From Myxococcota bacterium (GTDB lineage: Bacteria; UBA10199; JADFYH01): a stretch of 64,000 nucleotides of DNA. Under the pieces are notes generated by a model, which worked only from the letters and a program-made list of their open reading frames with translations, was not told where the DNA came from and ran no database searches. Position 1 is the first letter of the stretch; every line of letters starts with the position of its first letter. Where the stretch lies: NCBI GenBank assembly GCA_052034865.1, contig JBPOIC010000009.1, forward strand, positions 2,016 through 66,015, in the 5' to 3' direction. This document shows positions 1-9,557 of the stretch, piece after piece. A program made the translations under genes and the position numbers.

Positions 1-716
1 ACGGGGTGAGTTTCAGCAGCAAGACGAATACGATTACGAACTCGATTCCCGGAGTTACCTTTACATTGCTGACGACTTCTTCCTCAGATTCTCTGAAGCT
101 GACTGTTCAGTCGGATACCACTTCATTGGCCAGCAAGATCACTACCTTTGTAACCAGCTACAATTCCACGCGTGCCGCTCTCAAGACACAGCTGGATGTG
201 GATCTGAAGACAAGAAAGACCGGGGTTTTGGGAAGAGAACCTACTTTAACAACGATCCATTCAAAGCTTTCCGATTATATGGGTTCGTATCTGAATGGTC
301 TGGGAGTGAGTGCTTACAAATCACTTTCTCAGATTGGCATCACCGCGAAAGACAGTGGCGAATTGCAGATAGACAGCTCGAAACTGACCAGCACCATTCA
401 GTCGGATCCTACCGCCATTCGGTATCTTTTTCAGGGCGTCAATTCTCAGGATGGAATTGCAAAGAGTGTCTACAATTTACTGGATAATCATCTGGGCCCT
501 GTGGGGGCTTTGACCCAGCGACAGACGTCATTAAACAAACAGATCGATGAAAACGGAAAATTGCTCAAAACCCGTCAGGGTCAACTGACGAGTTATACGG
601 CGCGGTTGGAGTTGAAATATCAATTGATGGAAAAGGCGATCAATAATCTGAAGGCACAACAGAATGCAATCGATGCCTATATTTCCCAACAGAACTATTC
701 TTCAAATAATGAATGA
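1..716 (+). CDS. fliD: Flagellar filament cap protein FliD (hook-associated protein 2), C-terminal part; 5' end lies outside the window
   Basis: ORF is open to the window edge. Polar S/T/N/Q-rich sequence with a C-terminal coiled-coil region (LTSYTARLELKYQLMEKAINNLKAQQNAIDAYISQQ) typical of the FliD C-terminus. It is directly followed by fliS, as in fliD-fliS-fliT operons. Confidence 0.7.
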   Translation, partial: GVSFSSKTNTITNSIPGVTFTLLTTSSSDSLKLTVQSDTTSLASKITTFVTSYNSTRAALKTQLDVDLKTRKTGVLGREPTLTTIHSKLSDYMGSYLNGLGVSAYKSLSQIGITAKDSGELQIDSSKLTSTIQSDPTAIRYLFQGVNSQDGIAKSVYNLLDNHLGPVGALTQRQTSLNKQIDENGKLLKTRQGQLTSYTARLELKYQLMEKAINNLKAQQNAIDAYISQQNYSSNNE

Positions 717-744
717 TCAATGACTCAATCGCAGGAGGCGAGTT

Positions 745-1128
745 ATGTACCAACAGGTTTCATCCTATACCAATATGATGGCTGAGAAGTTTTTGCATGA
801 GTCACCTGAGAATTTGATGGTGATGCTTTATGAAGGAATGATTACCCGCATTCGTCGCGGCCGTGAATTTTACAAGGCAGGCCAGCTGGTTCGAGCCCGT
901 GAGTCTTCAATGCAGGCGAGTCGAATCGCAAGCGCCCTCATGGATAACCTTAATTTTGAAGAAGGTGGAGAAACTGTTCGGAACCTGGAAAGACTTTATG
1001 CCTACGTGATTTCGGAAGTTTCAGCTTCGTGCATTAGTCAGGATCCTTCCCCCCACTATCAGAATATTCTTTCTGTGCTGGAGACCTTGTGTGGGAGTTG
1101 GAAAGAATTGTCAGGTCGATCCAAATGA
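745..1128 (+). CDS. fliS: Flagellar export chaperone FliS
   Basis: 127 aa, ATG preceded by AGGAGG. About 125 aa, helical, position after fliD, FliS-like N-terminal region (YTNMMAEKFLHESPENLMVMLYEGMI). Confidence 0.75.
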   Translation: MYQQVSSYTNMMAEKFLHESPENLMVMLYEGMITRIRRGREFYKAGQLVRARESSMQASRIASALMDNLNFEEGGETVRNLERLYAYVISEVSASCISQDPSPHYQNILSVLETLCGSWKELSGRSK

Positions 1129-1520
1129 AAAACGCACTTTCCCATTTTGATGAGAAAGGGGTCCAGAATCTGATGGAGCTGATGGAATTTTACTATTCTC
1201 TTGGACTTCAGACCCTGGCAGACCTTCAGTACACACACTCCGATGAGGCCCTCGGCCAATGTAAAAAGCTCGAGGCCATTTCCTCCCAGTATATTGGAAT
1301 GATGCAGAATGTTTCGTGGGCGGAATGTGTTCCAAATCCAACGATTAAAAGGAAATTCTTCGATCAGCTTCAAAAGAATGTCGATATGATGAGATCTTTG
1401 CAAGGATTGCTCGAAGAAAAACTTTACGAAGTTCAGAAGATTTTAAACAAGCTTCCTGCGGCTGCCCGTTTCCCAAACGACGAGTGGTCAGCAGAAAGCT
1501 CCTATCAGGCAAGCCTATGA
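1125..1520 (+). CDS. Hypothetical helical protein, possibly a FliT-like flagellar chaperone
   Basis: Internal ATG at 1125 overlaps the fliS stop (ATGA). About 131 aa, predicted helical, acidic. FliT identity is inferred from its position after fliS only. Confidence 0.4.
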   Translation: MKNALSHFDEKGVQNLMELMEFYYSLGLQTLADLQYTHSDEALGQCKKLEAISSQYIGMMQNVSWAECVPNPTIKRKFFDQLQKNVDMMRSLQGLLEEKLYEVQKILNKLPAAARFPNDEWSAESSYQASL

Positions 1521-2056
1521 TCCCGGGAGCCCCTCTTCAAAATCATGAGGAGGAAAATTATTTCAAGGTTCTTGGAGAGATTTATCTCTACGTTGAAGAT
1601 TATCCTGACTCCGAAAACATTCATTTGTCGCAGGGCCTTCCTGAATCGGGTGATCCGATTGAGCTTAGACTCATGAACTTTCAGGCCAGGCTGCTCTATA
1701 ACAATCCAGAACACAGCAAGGATCTCATCGAACTTGCCCGTATTCTCGAGATGATTCACAAGGCAAAAGATCTGACAAAACTCCCCCAGGTAAGGTTGCA
1801 ATCGGTTTTGATCAGTGCGGGAGATTTGGAATATTTAAGTCACGAATACCTTCCGGTTGGAAAAAGGGTTTTATCCCACATGAGTTTTCCGGATTATCCC
1901 TACGAATCCATCAGTGTTGCCGCTGAAGTGATTCATTGCCAGCTCGCACGCCATCCAAAACCTCTTTATGAGGTAGCTCTGGGCTTTCAGGAAATCCCCG
2001 AGAATTATCGGGAAATGATCATCAAGTTCGTCAATCAGATCCAGCGACGAAAGTGA
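1517..2056 (+). CDS. Hypothetical protein of unknown function (co-transcribed with fliS)
   Basis: Internal ATG at 1517 overlaps the upstream stop (ATGA), about 179 aa. No motif recognised. Confidence 0.45.
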   Translation: MIPGAPLQNHEEENYFKVLGEIYLYVEDYPDSENIHLSQGLPESGDPIELRLMNFQARLLYNNPEHSKDLIELARILEMIHKAKDLTKLPQVRLQSVLISAGDLEYLSHEYLPVGKRVLSHMSFPDYPYESISVAAEVIHCQLARHPKPLYEVALGFQEIPENYREMIIKFVNQIQRRK

Positions 2057-2169
2057 CCGAAAGCTTGTATCTCATCCCTTGAAATTTTCAGTCAGCGTTT
2101 TTCATCCTTACTTCTGCAATGAGACAACACGCTAAAAGGAGGGATTGGGTTACGTAGAATATAAAAAGT

Positions 2170-3705
2170 TTAATGCTGAATGGATTCCAGAAGAGAGAGG
2201 TTTGTCAGGGGAAATGAAATAAAACCGTCCAGAAGCGAGGTTAGGCTATTCCTGTAAGGTTCCTTTGATTTGTCAGGATGACTCTGGATTCCCAGGATTG
2301 GAATGCGTTTTCCTGCCTTGCGCTGATATTTTCGGATTTCAAGCATCATTTCGTCTTCATCCGTGGGAACATCTTCCGGACGAATCAGAATCAGGTCAAA
2401 CTCTTCCTTGCCAAGATGTGAAAAAAGCAATTCGGATGAGGTTGCCTGGACATAGGTGTGGCCGTAGGTATTCAGGGTTTGAAGGGCAGAGTGTGGGCTT
2501 TTTGATTTTTCAAAAATGAGAATGTGGAGCTTTGCTTCTTCTTCATTCAAGAAATGACGGGTAATGAGAGGGAGTGAATGATTTGGATGAAAGCGATGAT
2601 TCAGAAGATACTGGAAGGTATCGTAGATTTCAGTTGGATAAAGCGGTTTGCTGAAGTAACCCTGAATTCCTGCCTCCTGACAGCGTTTCGCATCTCCCCT
2701 TTCCGGTTGCGAAGTCATCAAAACGGAATATGTTTCTGAAAATCGGTTTGTTCGTAACCATTTGGCAATCCATTCAAAAGCGGATGAAGGTGAAAGATTT
2801 TTTTCAATCAGAATAAAGTCCAGGCGAAGATCGGTGTTCTTAATAAAAACTTCCGCATCGGATTCATTTCCCGCTGTATGAACTCCCATTCCCCAGCTTT
2901 CCATAATTTTTTTCAGACGATTCAAATGATACGGATCGGATTCAAGAATCATCACTTGAAGGTTTTCCAGTGGGTAGGTGTTCAAAATCTCCTGATGAGA
3001 AGGATGGGCTTCAAAGCGAATCGGAAAGGTAAAAGAAAAAGTTTCACCTTCATCTGTATGTGTGTGTGTCAAAGCCCCTCCCAACAGAACAAGAAGTTTC
3101 TGAGCCAAAAGAAACTGAAGATCTCTAAAGTAAGATCCTGAGCCCTGGAGCCCACTCAGGATACTGTCAGGTGCGGTTTTCAGCAAAACCTCTAACACAA
3201 GATGGTTGTCATTTTTACATTTGACTTCAAGGTTTCCAGAAATATCGGGCTGCGAGGCAGAGATAAGAAAACCCCTGAGCAGGTCTTCAAATATCTGTTT
3301 GAAGCGGGCAGGACTTCCGACAAGGGTATCAGGAACTTCCGTGGAAATCAGGAAGCGAAAATTTTTGTGTAGCCTTTCTGCTTCTGAGTGGAGGTGATTT
3401 AAAATCGTTGAAAGGGATTTACGCAGACTGAAGGAAATCTGCTCAGGTGATATTTTATCCGATTCAATCTGACCGATATCCATCATCGAACGGGTAAGTT
3501 GGGTGAGATGGTCGAGGATTTGCCGAATCGAAAGACGTTCTTCTTCTGTCAGTCTCTGGTATCCGTTTTTTTCTTCTGTCAGTGCATTCGCAAGAAATGA
3601 AAGCCCTTCGTGAATTTCACTGGCGAACTGAAACACCAGCTTTTCGGACAGATTTCCGTTGAGGCGTGATAGCTTTTCAGATTTTTGAAAGTTTTCCGGA
3701 TGCAT
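2170..3705 (-). CDS. Histidine-kinase-like protein with a degenerate ATPase region and two receiver-like domains lacking the canonical phospho-acceptor Asp (putative pseudokinase / phosphorelay component)
   Basis: H-box-like SEIHEGLSFL near the N-terminus (His32) and a HisKA/HATPase-like core (G2-like FLLAQKLLVLLGGALTHTH...GETFSFTFP). N-box Asn and G1 DxGxG are not evident. REC1 (VMILESD...DFILIEKNLSP...VLMTSQ...FSKPL) has E at the phospho-Asp position. REC2 (ILIFEKSKS...DLILIRPED) has R there. No TM or sensor domain. Lies immediately downstream of the sigma-54 EBP gene on the same strand. Confidence 0.55.
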   Translation of the reverse strand: MHPENFQKSEKLSRLNGNLSEKLVFQFASEIHEGLSFLANALTEEKNGYQRLTEEERLSIRQILDHLTQLTRSMMDIGQIESDKISPEQISFSLRKSLSTILNHLHSEAERLHKNFRFLISTEVPDTLVGSPARFKQIFEDLLRGFLISASQPDISGNLEVKCKNDNHLVLEVLLKTAPDSILSGLQGSGSYFRDLQFLLAQKLLVLLGGALTHTHTDEGETFSFTFPIRFEAHPSHQEILNTYPLENLQVMILESDPYHLNRLKKIMESWGMGVHTAGNESDAEVFIKNTDLRLDFILIEKNLSPSSAFEWIAKWLRTNRFSETYSVLMTSQPERGDAKRCQEAGIQGYFSKPLYPTEIYDTFQYLLNHRFHPNHSLPLITRHFLNEEEAKLHILIFEKSKSPHSALQTLNTYGHTYVQATSSELLFSHLGKEEFDLILIRPEDVPTDEDEMMLEIRKYQRKAGKRIPILGIQSHPDKSKEPYRNSLTSLLDGFISFPLTNLSLLESIQH

Positions 3706-3808
3706 AATGGAATAAGTATGTAAGAGATTATTTTAAAAACACCAGACTCATCAGAATCAAAAGAAACGGAATTTTGCTTCCTGTTGCTTTAAAGAGCAGA
3801 TCGTAAAG

Positions 3809-5299
3809 TTAAGGTAAGATCGAAAATTGTTTTTCATCCTCAAAATCACCTTCTTCCGGAAGCGTGATTCCTGCCGGCAAAACGAGTCCCTCTTCACGAT
3901 AGGCCTTTAATTTATTTCGTAAGGTTCGCACGCTAATTCCCAAAGACTGGGAAGCCCGCACTCGGTTTCCTTTATGAATTTCCAGGGCTCGGTATATCAT
4001 CTGACGTTCAATTTCCTTGATGCTTGTCATGGGGAGCTCTTCAGGGGCGGCTTCTCGGGGAGCGACGGTTAAGGGAGGAGATTCCAATTCGGTATCATCG
4101 AACCAGATATGATCAATGGTATCTCCATGAGTCAGATAAGCGGTGCGTGTGATGATGTTTTCCAGCTCGCGGACATTTCCGGGCCAGGAATAACGGCTCA
4201 GCTGCTGAATCGCGGCAGAACTTAAGGTCATCTCACGATTGATATTCTGCAGGTTCAGGCGATTGAGAATGTGTTTTGCAAGAATGGAAACATCTTCAAT
4301 TCTTTCCCGAAGGGGAGGGATGCGAACCGAGATCACGTTCAGTCGATAAAAGAGATCTTCTCGGAACTGTCTGTTACGCACGGACTCTTTAAGATCACGG
4401 TTCGTTGTTGCAATCAATCGGACATCCAGCTGAATTTTCTGATGTCCTCCAACACGGTACAATTCTTTTTCCTGAATGACTCGAAGCAGTTTGGCCTGCA
4501 GCAGGGGATCCATTTCACTTACTTCATCAAGAAGCAGGGTTCCTTTTTGGGCCAGCTCAAATTTACCGATGTGTTTTGTGAGCGCTCCCGTAAAAGATCC
4601 TTTTTCATAACCAAAAAGCTCAGACTCCAGAAGTGTGGCAGGTATGGAGGCACAGTTGATCCCCACAAAAGGCTGATTTCTTCGTCGGGAAAGCTGATGC
4701 AGGGTTTGAGCAAACATCTCCTTTCCGACACCTGACTCTCCAAGAATCATCACTGTGATGTCACTATCCGCAATATGATTCAAGTACCCGATCGCTTTTT
4801 TCATCGCCGGGTGAGCTTCTGCACTGGGAAGGGATCGCAGATCACAATATTTGTTTTCTGTTTTTTCACTTTCGGGATTTTTTCTTTCTGAGAGAAAGTT
4901 CTGTATCAGTGTTTCAAACTGTTCTTCAGAAAAGGGCTTCAGTATTGGAGAGATGTTTCTGGATTGCGGAATGAGCTCAAGGTCAGCGCTGTCTTCAGGA
5001 TATAAAGTGAGAATAATTTTAAGCTGAGGATATTTTGAAATGAGTTGATAGGTGAAATCCGAAGACTTCGTTTTGATAAGATCGAAATCCAGAATGAGCA
5101 GATCGGGCTCTTCATATTGAAGAAGTGTTTCAATATTGGTCAGATCATTCGTTTTGAGGATGGTATGCGGATTTTTTTCCAGAAAGGAAAGCATCACATG
5201 ACGCATGGCTTTCTGGCTTTCAGCTACGAGAATCTTCAAGAGACATTCCTCCTTAAAGCCCAGGAATTTTTCACTGGATCGTTGATAGGAAATTCGCAA
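3809..5299 (-). CDS. Sigma-54-dependent response regulator (NtrC family; FlrC/FleR/FlbD-like flagellar master activator)
   Basis: N-terminal receiver (LKILVAES...DLLILDFDL), AAA+ sigma-54 activation domain with Walker A GESGVGKE and the GAFTGA-type loop (EKGSFTGA), ESELFGYEKG motif, and a C-terminal Fis-type HTH (RASQSLGISVRTLRNKLK). Confidence 0.85.
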   Translation of the reverse strand: MRISYQRSSEKFLGFKEECLLKILVAESQKAMRHVMLSFLEKNPHTILKTNDLTNIETLLQYEEPDLLILDFDLIKTKSSDFTYQLISKYPQLKIILTLYPEDSADLELIPQSRNISPILKPFSEEQFETLIQNFLSERKNPESEKTENKYCDLRSLPSAEAHPAMKKAIGYLNHIADSDITVMILGESGVGKEMFAQTLHQLSRRRNQPFVGINCASIPATLLESELFGYEKGSFTGALTKHIGKFELAQKGTLLLDEVSEMDPLLQAKLLRVIQEKELYRVGGHQKIQLDVRLIATTNRDLKESVRNRQFREDLFYRLNVISVRIPPLRERIEDVSILAKHILNRLNLQNINREMTLSSAAIQQLSRYSWPGNVRELENIITRTAYLTHGDTIDHIWFDDTELESPPLTVAPREAAPEELPMTSIKEIERQMIYRALEIHKGNRVRASQSLGISVRTLRNKLKAYREEGLVLPAGITLPEEGDFEDEKQFSILP

Positions 5300-5541
5300 A
5301 TGCAGTGCAGGGAACTTCGGATGCCTTGGATCTTATCTTGAGATGAATAAAATCAAAGAAGCTGAAAGAAATAATAAGTTGGATATTTAATATTCTAGGA
5401 CAACATCTTTATTTTTCAATGTAAAAAACAGGAAAGTGATTATTTTGATTCTGTTTGGAGAGAGGAAATCAGGAAGAGCGATGAAAGGTGTGAAAACTAA
5501 CCCGTACAACACTCGAGTCTGACATTTTTTTGGCGCTTTTT

Positions 5542-7815
5542 TTAGAGGGATTTATCTTCAGGGCTTAAAAATTCAACTTGCCCGAGCAGTTCAATTATTT
5601 GCTGATAGGAAGTTCCTGCAACAGGTGCGATCGCAGGATCAGGATGATCCTGATATTTTTTCCAGAGTGCGAGGGCTGTTTCGGTTTCATGTTTTTGCAG
5701 ATAGGCATCCACCAAAATCATCCGGCTGCGCATTCGGTCAGGGAACTCAGGATCAAGCTTTTGAAGCTCTTCATATACATTCAGAACTTCATCATAGCGC
5801 CTGTCGAGAGCCAGTAAATAAATCCTTTCATCCATTGCCTTGATCTGCCAGGAGCGGATGATGCTTTGGGTTTCAGTATTTCCGCCGATCTGGGCTGTTT
5901 GCAGAGGAAGCCAGGAAAGAATCTGCAAGGCACGATTCATTTGCCCGGACATCTGCGCACAACGGGATGCCTGTAGAGAGTAGCGAAAAAGGTCCTCTCC
6001 CGTGATTCCCAGCTCGGAGAGTTTTTCAAAATCAGAAACGCATTTGGAATAGTTCTCATGAAGAATTGCCTGAGCGGCATGAGTCAGGTGGTAAAGTTTT
6101 CTTGCTTCGGGATCTTCCGGAAGATCTGGCACAAGTTTTAAGGTCGATTCGAGGAGATCGTTTTCTCCAATAAGGGCATAGGCGCGGGCCAGTTTCAGAA
6201 GTAAAAGTTTTTTCTCGGAATCCGGTATTTCCTTTTCAAAAAGAAGGCGCTGGTAAAGTCGAACAGCAGAAGTTTCCATGCTGGTTTCCAGATAGGCATC
6301 TCCCGCTTTTACAAGCAGCTCGCTTTTATTTGGCATGTAGGGAATCAGCAGACGGTAGCGATCAGCCAGATCAAGAAACTCCAGATATTTTCTTTCGTTA
6401 CGAAATGCTTCATATTTTTTCAGCAAGAGTTCCTGAGTGAAAAAACCTGCTTCTTTCAGAAGCGATTCTTCTTCCGGCCCACTTTTTTCTCTCATTCTCT
6501 GGATGAGATCCAGTCGACCCAAAACTTCATCCGTTTTTCCGAGTGCCTCCTCAAAAAAGGCAGTCAGTAAAAGAAATTCCAATTTTTCTGCATCAGGAAG
6601 CTCTTCAGAATCGAAAGTAGATGTGAGTTTTTCAAGGGCTTGAGGATAGGAAGATGAGATTTTTTCAGTCGCGATAATGCGAGCCCACAGGAGCAGGGCG
6701 TTTTTTGAGAGAGGATGTGGATCTCCATTCGCCAACTGAAAAAGTCTGGAAGCGGAAGCGGAGCGGTTTTTGTTTTCATGAACATCGATTTCCAGCAATC
6801 GGTATTCAATGTGACCCAGCGCATCCTGTGGCAGTGAGCTGTGTTGGAGCCCTGAAAAGATCTCCATTGATTTTTCGAAATTGCCTATCTGAAAAAGAGC
6901 CTCGGCATAATAGAGACTGGAATAGGGAGCGAGGATACTGTCACTTGTGGAAAGAAAGTGACCCATTTTTTCATACCAATCCACAACTTCCTGAAATTTT
7001 CCTTCCCAAAATAAAGTGTCTCCAAATCGCTGTGCCAGGTGGGGGGTAAGTTCTTCTGTATTCAGAAAGGTTGCAAGCTTCCAGAAATAATCTTCTCCAC
7101 GAACATAACGCCCCCGTTGAAAGTAGATCTCCAGAATGAGTGATTCAAAAAGCCGTGTCATGGGGGGCTCTTTTAAAGATTGAATTTCCTGACGGTAAGC
7201 GATTTTGAGGGCCTCCTGAAACCATCTGAGTTCCAGTAGTGAAACCGAAAGTCCGTAACTACCCGCGAGGGCGTATTTCGAAGTCGGATAGTGGCCCAGG
7301 GCTTTCCAGTAGGCATTCGTGGCACTGAGAATTTTTCCGCGTTCATGGGGAGCGGTGATGGCCAGTTTCAAGTCTGCAAGCCAGTAAAGTTTTTCTTCAG
7401 CCTGAGGGACATTTTCCGATTTCAGTTCCTGCTGAAGCTCATCAATCTTTTTTTTGTATTCCCTGATCTGTCGCGGATTGGGTGTCCAGCTGAAGGGAAA
7501 TGGTTTTGTCTGCAGGGCATCATAGGCAAGGGTGGGAATAGTAGGTCTCAGATTTTCTTTTGCCTTGGGTAAATTCCTTGCCAGATAAAATTCTCGTGAA
7601 GGAGAGATGGAAGAGAATTCTTTTAAGAACTTTTTGTTGCCTGTTTCCTGGGGCAATGAAAGTGGGAGGGATTCAGCAGTAGTCGAATGACTCTCCTGCT
7701 TTTCATTTGCAGAAGCAGAAGTCAGGCCAAATCCCATTAGGATCAGTACAAATACGCAAATATAAAGATATCTGAAAAATCCAAAAAAAATTTTCACGCA
7801 TTCTTTCTGTGTCAA
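5542..7815 (-). CDS. Large TPR-repeat protein with an N-terminal signal/anchor segment
   Basis: 757 aa. Hydrophobic N-terminus (IFFGFFRYLYICVFVLILMGFGLTSASA), then many helical W/Y/L/A-rich repeats typical of TPR/Sel1 arrays. The track start is TTG; an in-frame GTG 18 nt downstream is an alternative. Confidence 0.55.
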   Translation of the reverse strand: MTQKECVKIFFGFFRYLYICVFVLILMGFGLTSASANEKQESHSTTAESLPLSLPQETGNKKFLKEFSSISPSREFYLARNLPKAKENLRPTIPTLAYDALQTKPFPFSWTPNPRQIREYKKKIDELQQELKSENVPQAEEKLYWLADLKLAITAPHERGKILSATNAYWKALGHYPTSKYALAGSYGLSVSLLELRWFQEALKIAYRQEIQSLKEPPMTRLFESLILEIYFQRGRYVRGEDYFWKLATFLNTEELTPHLAQRFGDTLFWEGKFQEVVDWYEKMGHFLSTSDSILAPYSSLYYAEALFQIGNFEKSMEIFSGLQHSSLPQDALGHIEYRLLEIDVHENKNRSASASRLFQLANGDPHPLSKNALLLWARIIATEKISSSYPQALEKLTSTFDSEELPDAEKLEFLLLTAFFEEALGKTDEVLGRLDLIQRMREKSGPEEESLLKEAGFFTQELLLKKYEAFRNERKYLEFLDLADRYRLLIPYMPNKSELLVKAGDAYLETSMETSAVRLYQRLLFEKEIPDSEKKLLLLKLARAYALIGENDLLESTLKLVPDLPEDPEARKLYHLTHAAQAILHENYSKCVSDFEKLSELGITGEDLFRYSLQASRCAQMSGQMNRALQILSWLPLQTAQIGGNTETQSIIRSWQIKAMDERIYLLALDRRYDEVLNVYEELQKLDPEFPDRMRSRMILVDAYLQKHETETALALWKKYQDHPDPAIAPVAGTSYQQIIELLGQVEFLSPEDKSL

Positions 7816-7851
7816 ACAGGATCAAAGACCTGTTTGAAGTTCTTCATTTAT

Positions 7852-8472
7852 TCAAATTTCTGTCGAGATTCGATTCATGATTTTGGAGACGTATTTTTTG
7901 GTTTCTGAATATGGAGGAATACCTTCATATTTTTTTACACTTCCAGGCCCAGCATTATAGGCAGCCAGCGCAAGTTTTAAATCCTGATCAAATGAATCTA
8001 GCATCTTTCTCAAATAGCGTGCCCCCCCGTGGACATTTTCCTGAATATCAAAAATATTTTTGACGCCCATCTCCCTGGCGGTTCCAGGCATCAATTGTGT
8101 GAGGCCCTTGGCTCCAGCAGAAGAAACTGCATTCGGGTTATAATTTGATTCGGTGTGAACCAGTGCATTCAGAACCTTTGATGGAATCTGGAATTCTTTG
8201 GCCGCCTTTTCGATGGCCTCCTGAATTTCCTCCTTAAAACTTTTGGGTGTTGGATCTTTAGAGAGAGTCGATGCGAAAGAATTTTTGGATGATTCTGGAT
8301 TCTTTGCGATGGGAATCTGAGGTACAGAGGGCTTGCGCACTGTTTGCGCAGGAAGTGCATAGTCCCAATAGTCGCGAATTGTCATTGCCGTTTTTGGAAG
8401 AGAATTTGAAGATGCAGAAAACATGGTTTCCCCCTGTTGATTGGAAGATATGGAAAGCAAGCGGGGTGCCAA
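7852..8472 (-). CDS. Lytic transglycosylase (SLT domain), likely flagellum-associated (SltF-like)
   Basis: SLT catalytic motifs TESNYNP...AGAKGLTQLMPGTA...AYNAGPG. Signal-like N-terminus. Located at the head of the flgF operon region. Confidence 0.7.
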   Translation of the reverse strand: MAPRLLSISSNQQGETMFSASSNSLPKTAMTIRDYWDYALPAQTVRKPSVPQIPIAKNPESSKNSFASTLSKDPTPKSFKEEIQEAIEKAAKEFQIPSKVLNALVHTESNYNPNAVSSAGAKGLTQLMPGTAREMGVKNIFDIQENVHGGARYLRKMLDSFDQDLKLALAAYNAGPGSVKKYEGIPPYSETKKYVSKIMNRISTEI

Positions 8473-8772
8473 CTGATATTTTTTCTTCTTAACCTGTTCA
8501 CCTTACAATTCTATTCTCGCCTTAAGATATCGTGAGAACAGGCATTTCTGTTTTTTTATTGTGGATTTCTGCTTTGGAAATCACAAGGCAGGGATTAAAA
8601 CTCCTGCATTCCTTCAGAGGAAATTCTTTCCGTCCTGTTCCTGAAGCGGTAAATTTGACCTGTCTTCTCTTCCCGCCATTGGAAATCCCTCTTTCGTTTT
8701 CTTTATTCTGATTTCAAAAATAAAACTGGGATTTTAGTGAGTTAGAGGCATGTTTTTTTCAAGCTGCTTCTT

Positions 8773-8788
8773 TGGTCCTGCTTTTGCA
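8773..8788 (+). promoter_or_regulatory. Sigma-54 (-24/-12) promoter upstream of flgF
   Basis: TGGtcC-tgctt-TTGCA has exactly the TGGCAC-N5-TTGCW spacing. It sits about 33 nt upstream of the flgF ATG, and an AGGAGG RBS lies between them. Confidence 0.5.
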
Positions 8789-8820
8789 ATTGCAGGATCG
8801 TCAGTCAGGAGGAGAATCTT

Positions 8821-9546
8821 ATGGGAATTGGAATTGATGTGGCAGTTCAGGGCATGGCTCTTAAAGAACGGGAGCTGGAGCTCATAGCCAACAATCTCTC
8901 AAATTCGAATACGGCCGGATTCAGGGAACAGAGAATTGCCTTCGAATCCAGTCTGCTTAAACAGCAGACTGACGCCAGGGGAGTGACAGAAAAGATTTAC
9001 TTTCCCGAAGCAACCAGCCTCACCAGTTTTGTTCCAGGAGCCTATCTTTCAACAGGAAACTCACTCGACGTGGCGATTCAGGGCGAAGGTTTTTTTGAAG
9101 TCCAGACCGATCAGGGGGCTTTTTATACGCGCAATGGGGCTTTAAGCCTCGATGCCCAGGGACGTTTGGTAACTTCAACCGGTGCAAGTATCATGGGTGC
9201 CGAAGGGAATCTGGAAATCAAAACTCCGGGAAAAATCCAGATCAGCTCCAAAGGAGATATTACAAATAATGGCGAATCTGTCGGTCGTCTGAAGGTGGTG
9301 CGTTTTCAGAATCTGAAGAATCTGAAACCGGTGGGAAACAATCTCTACACCACCATTGATTCCCCTGAAACATTAGAAAGCCCTTCTGTATTGCAGGGCA
9401 GAATTGAAGGATCCAATGCAACCCTCGTTCAGAATCTTGGAAAAATGATCGAAGTCTCCAGGCAGTATGAAACCTATCAACGCGTGATTAAAACGCACGA
9501 GCGGATGGATCAGGAAATTGCAAGTTCGCTTGGGCGTTTGAGTTAA
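8821..9546 (+). CDS. flgF: Flagellar basal-body rod protein FlgF
   Basis: N-terminal rod/hook motif (LIANNLSNSNTAGFR), 241 aa, followed directly by flgG. Confidence 0.8.
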   Translation: MGIGIDVAVQGMALKERELELIANNLSNSNTAGFREQRIAFESSLLKQQTDARGVTEKIYFPEATSLTSFVPGAYLSTGNSLDVAIQGEGFFEVQTDQGAFYTRNGALSLDAQGRLVTSTGASIMGAEGNLEIKTPGKIQISSKGDITNNGESVGRLKVVRFQNLKNLKPVGNNLYTTIDSPETLESPSVLQGRIEGSNATLVQNLGKMIEVSRQYETYQRVIKTHERMDQEIASSLGRLS

Positions 9547-9557
9547 GTGAGGTCTTT

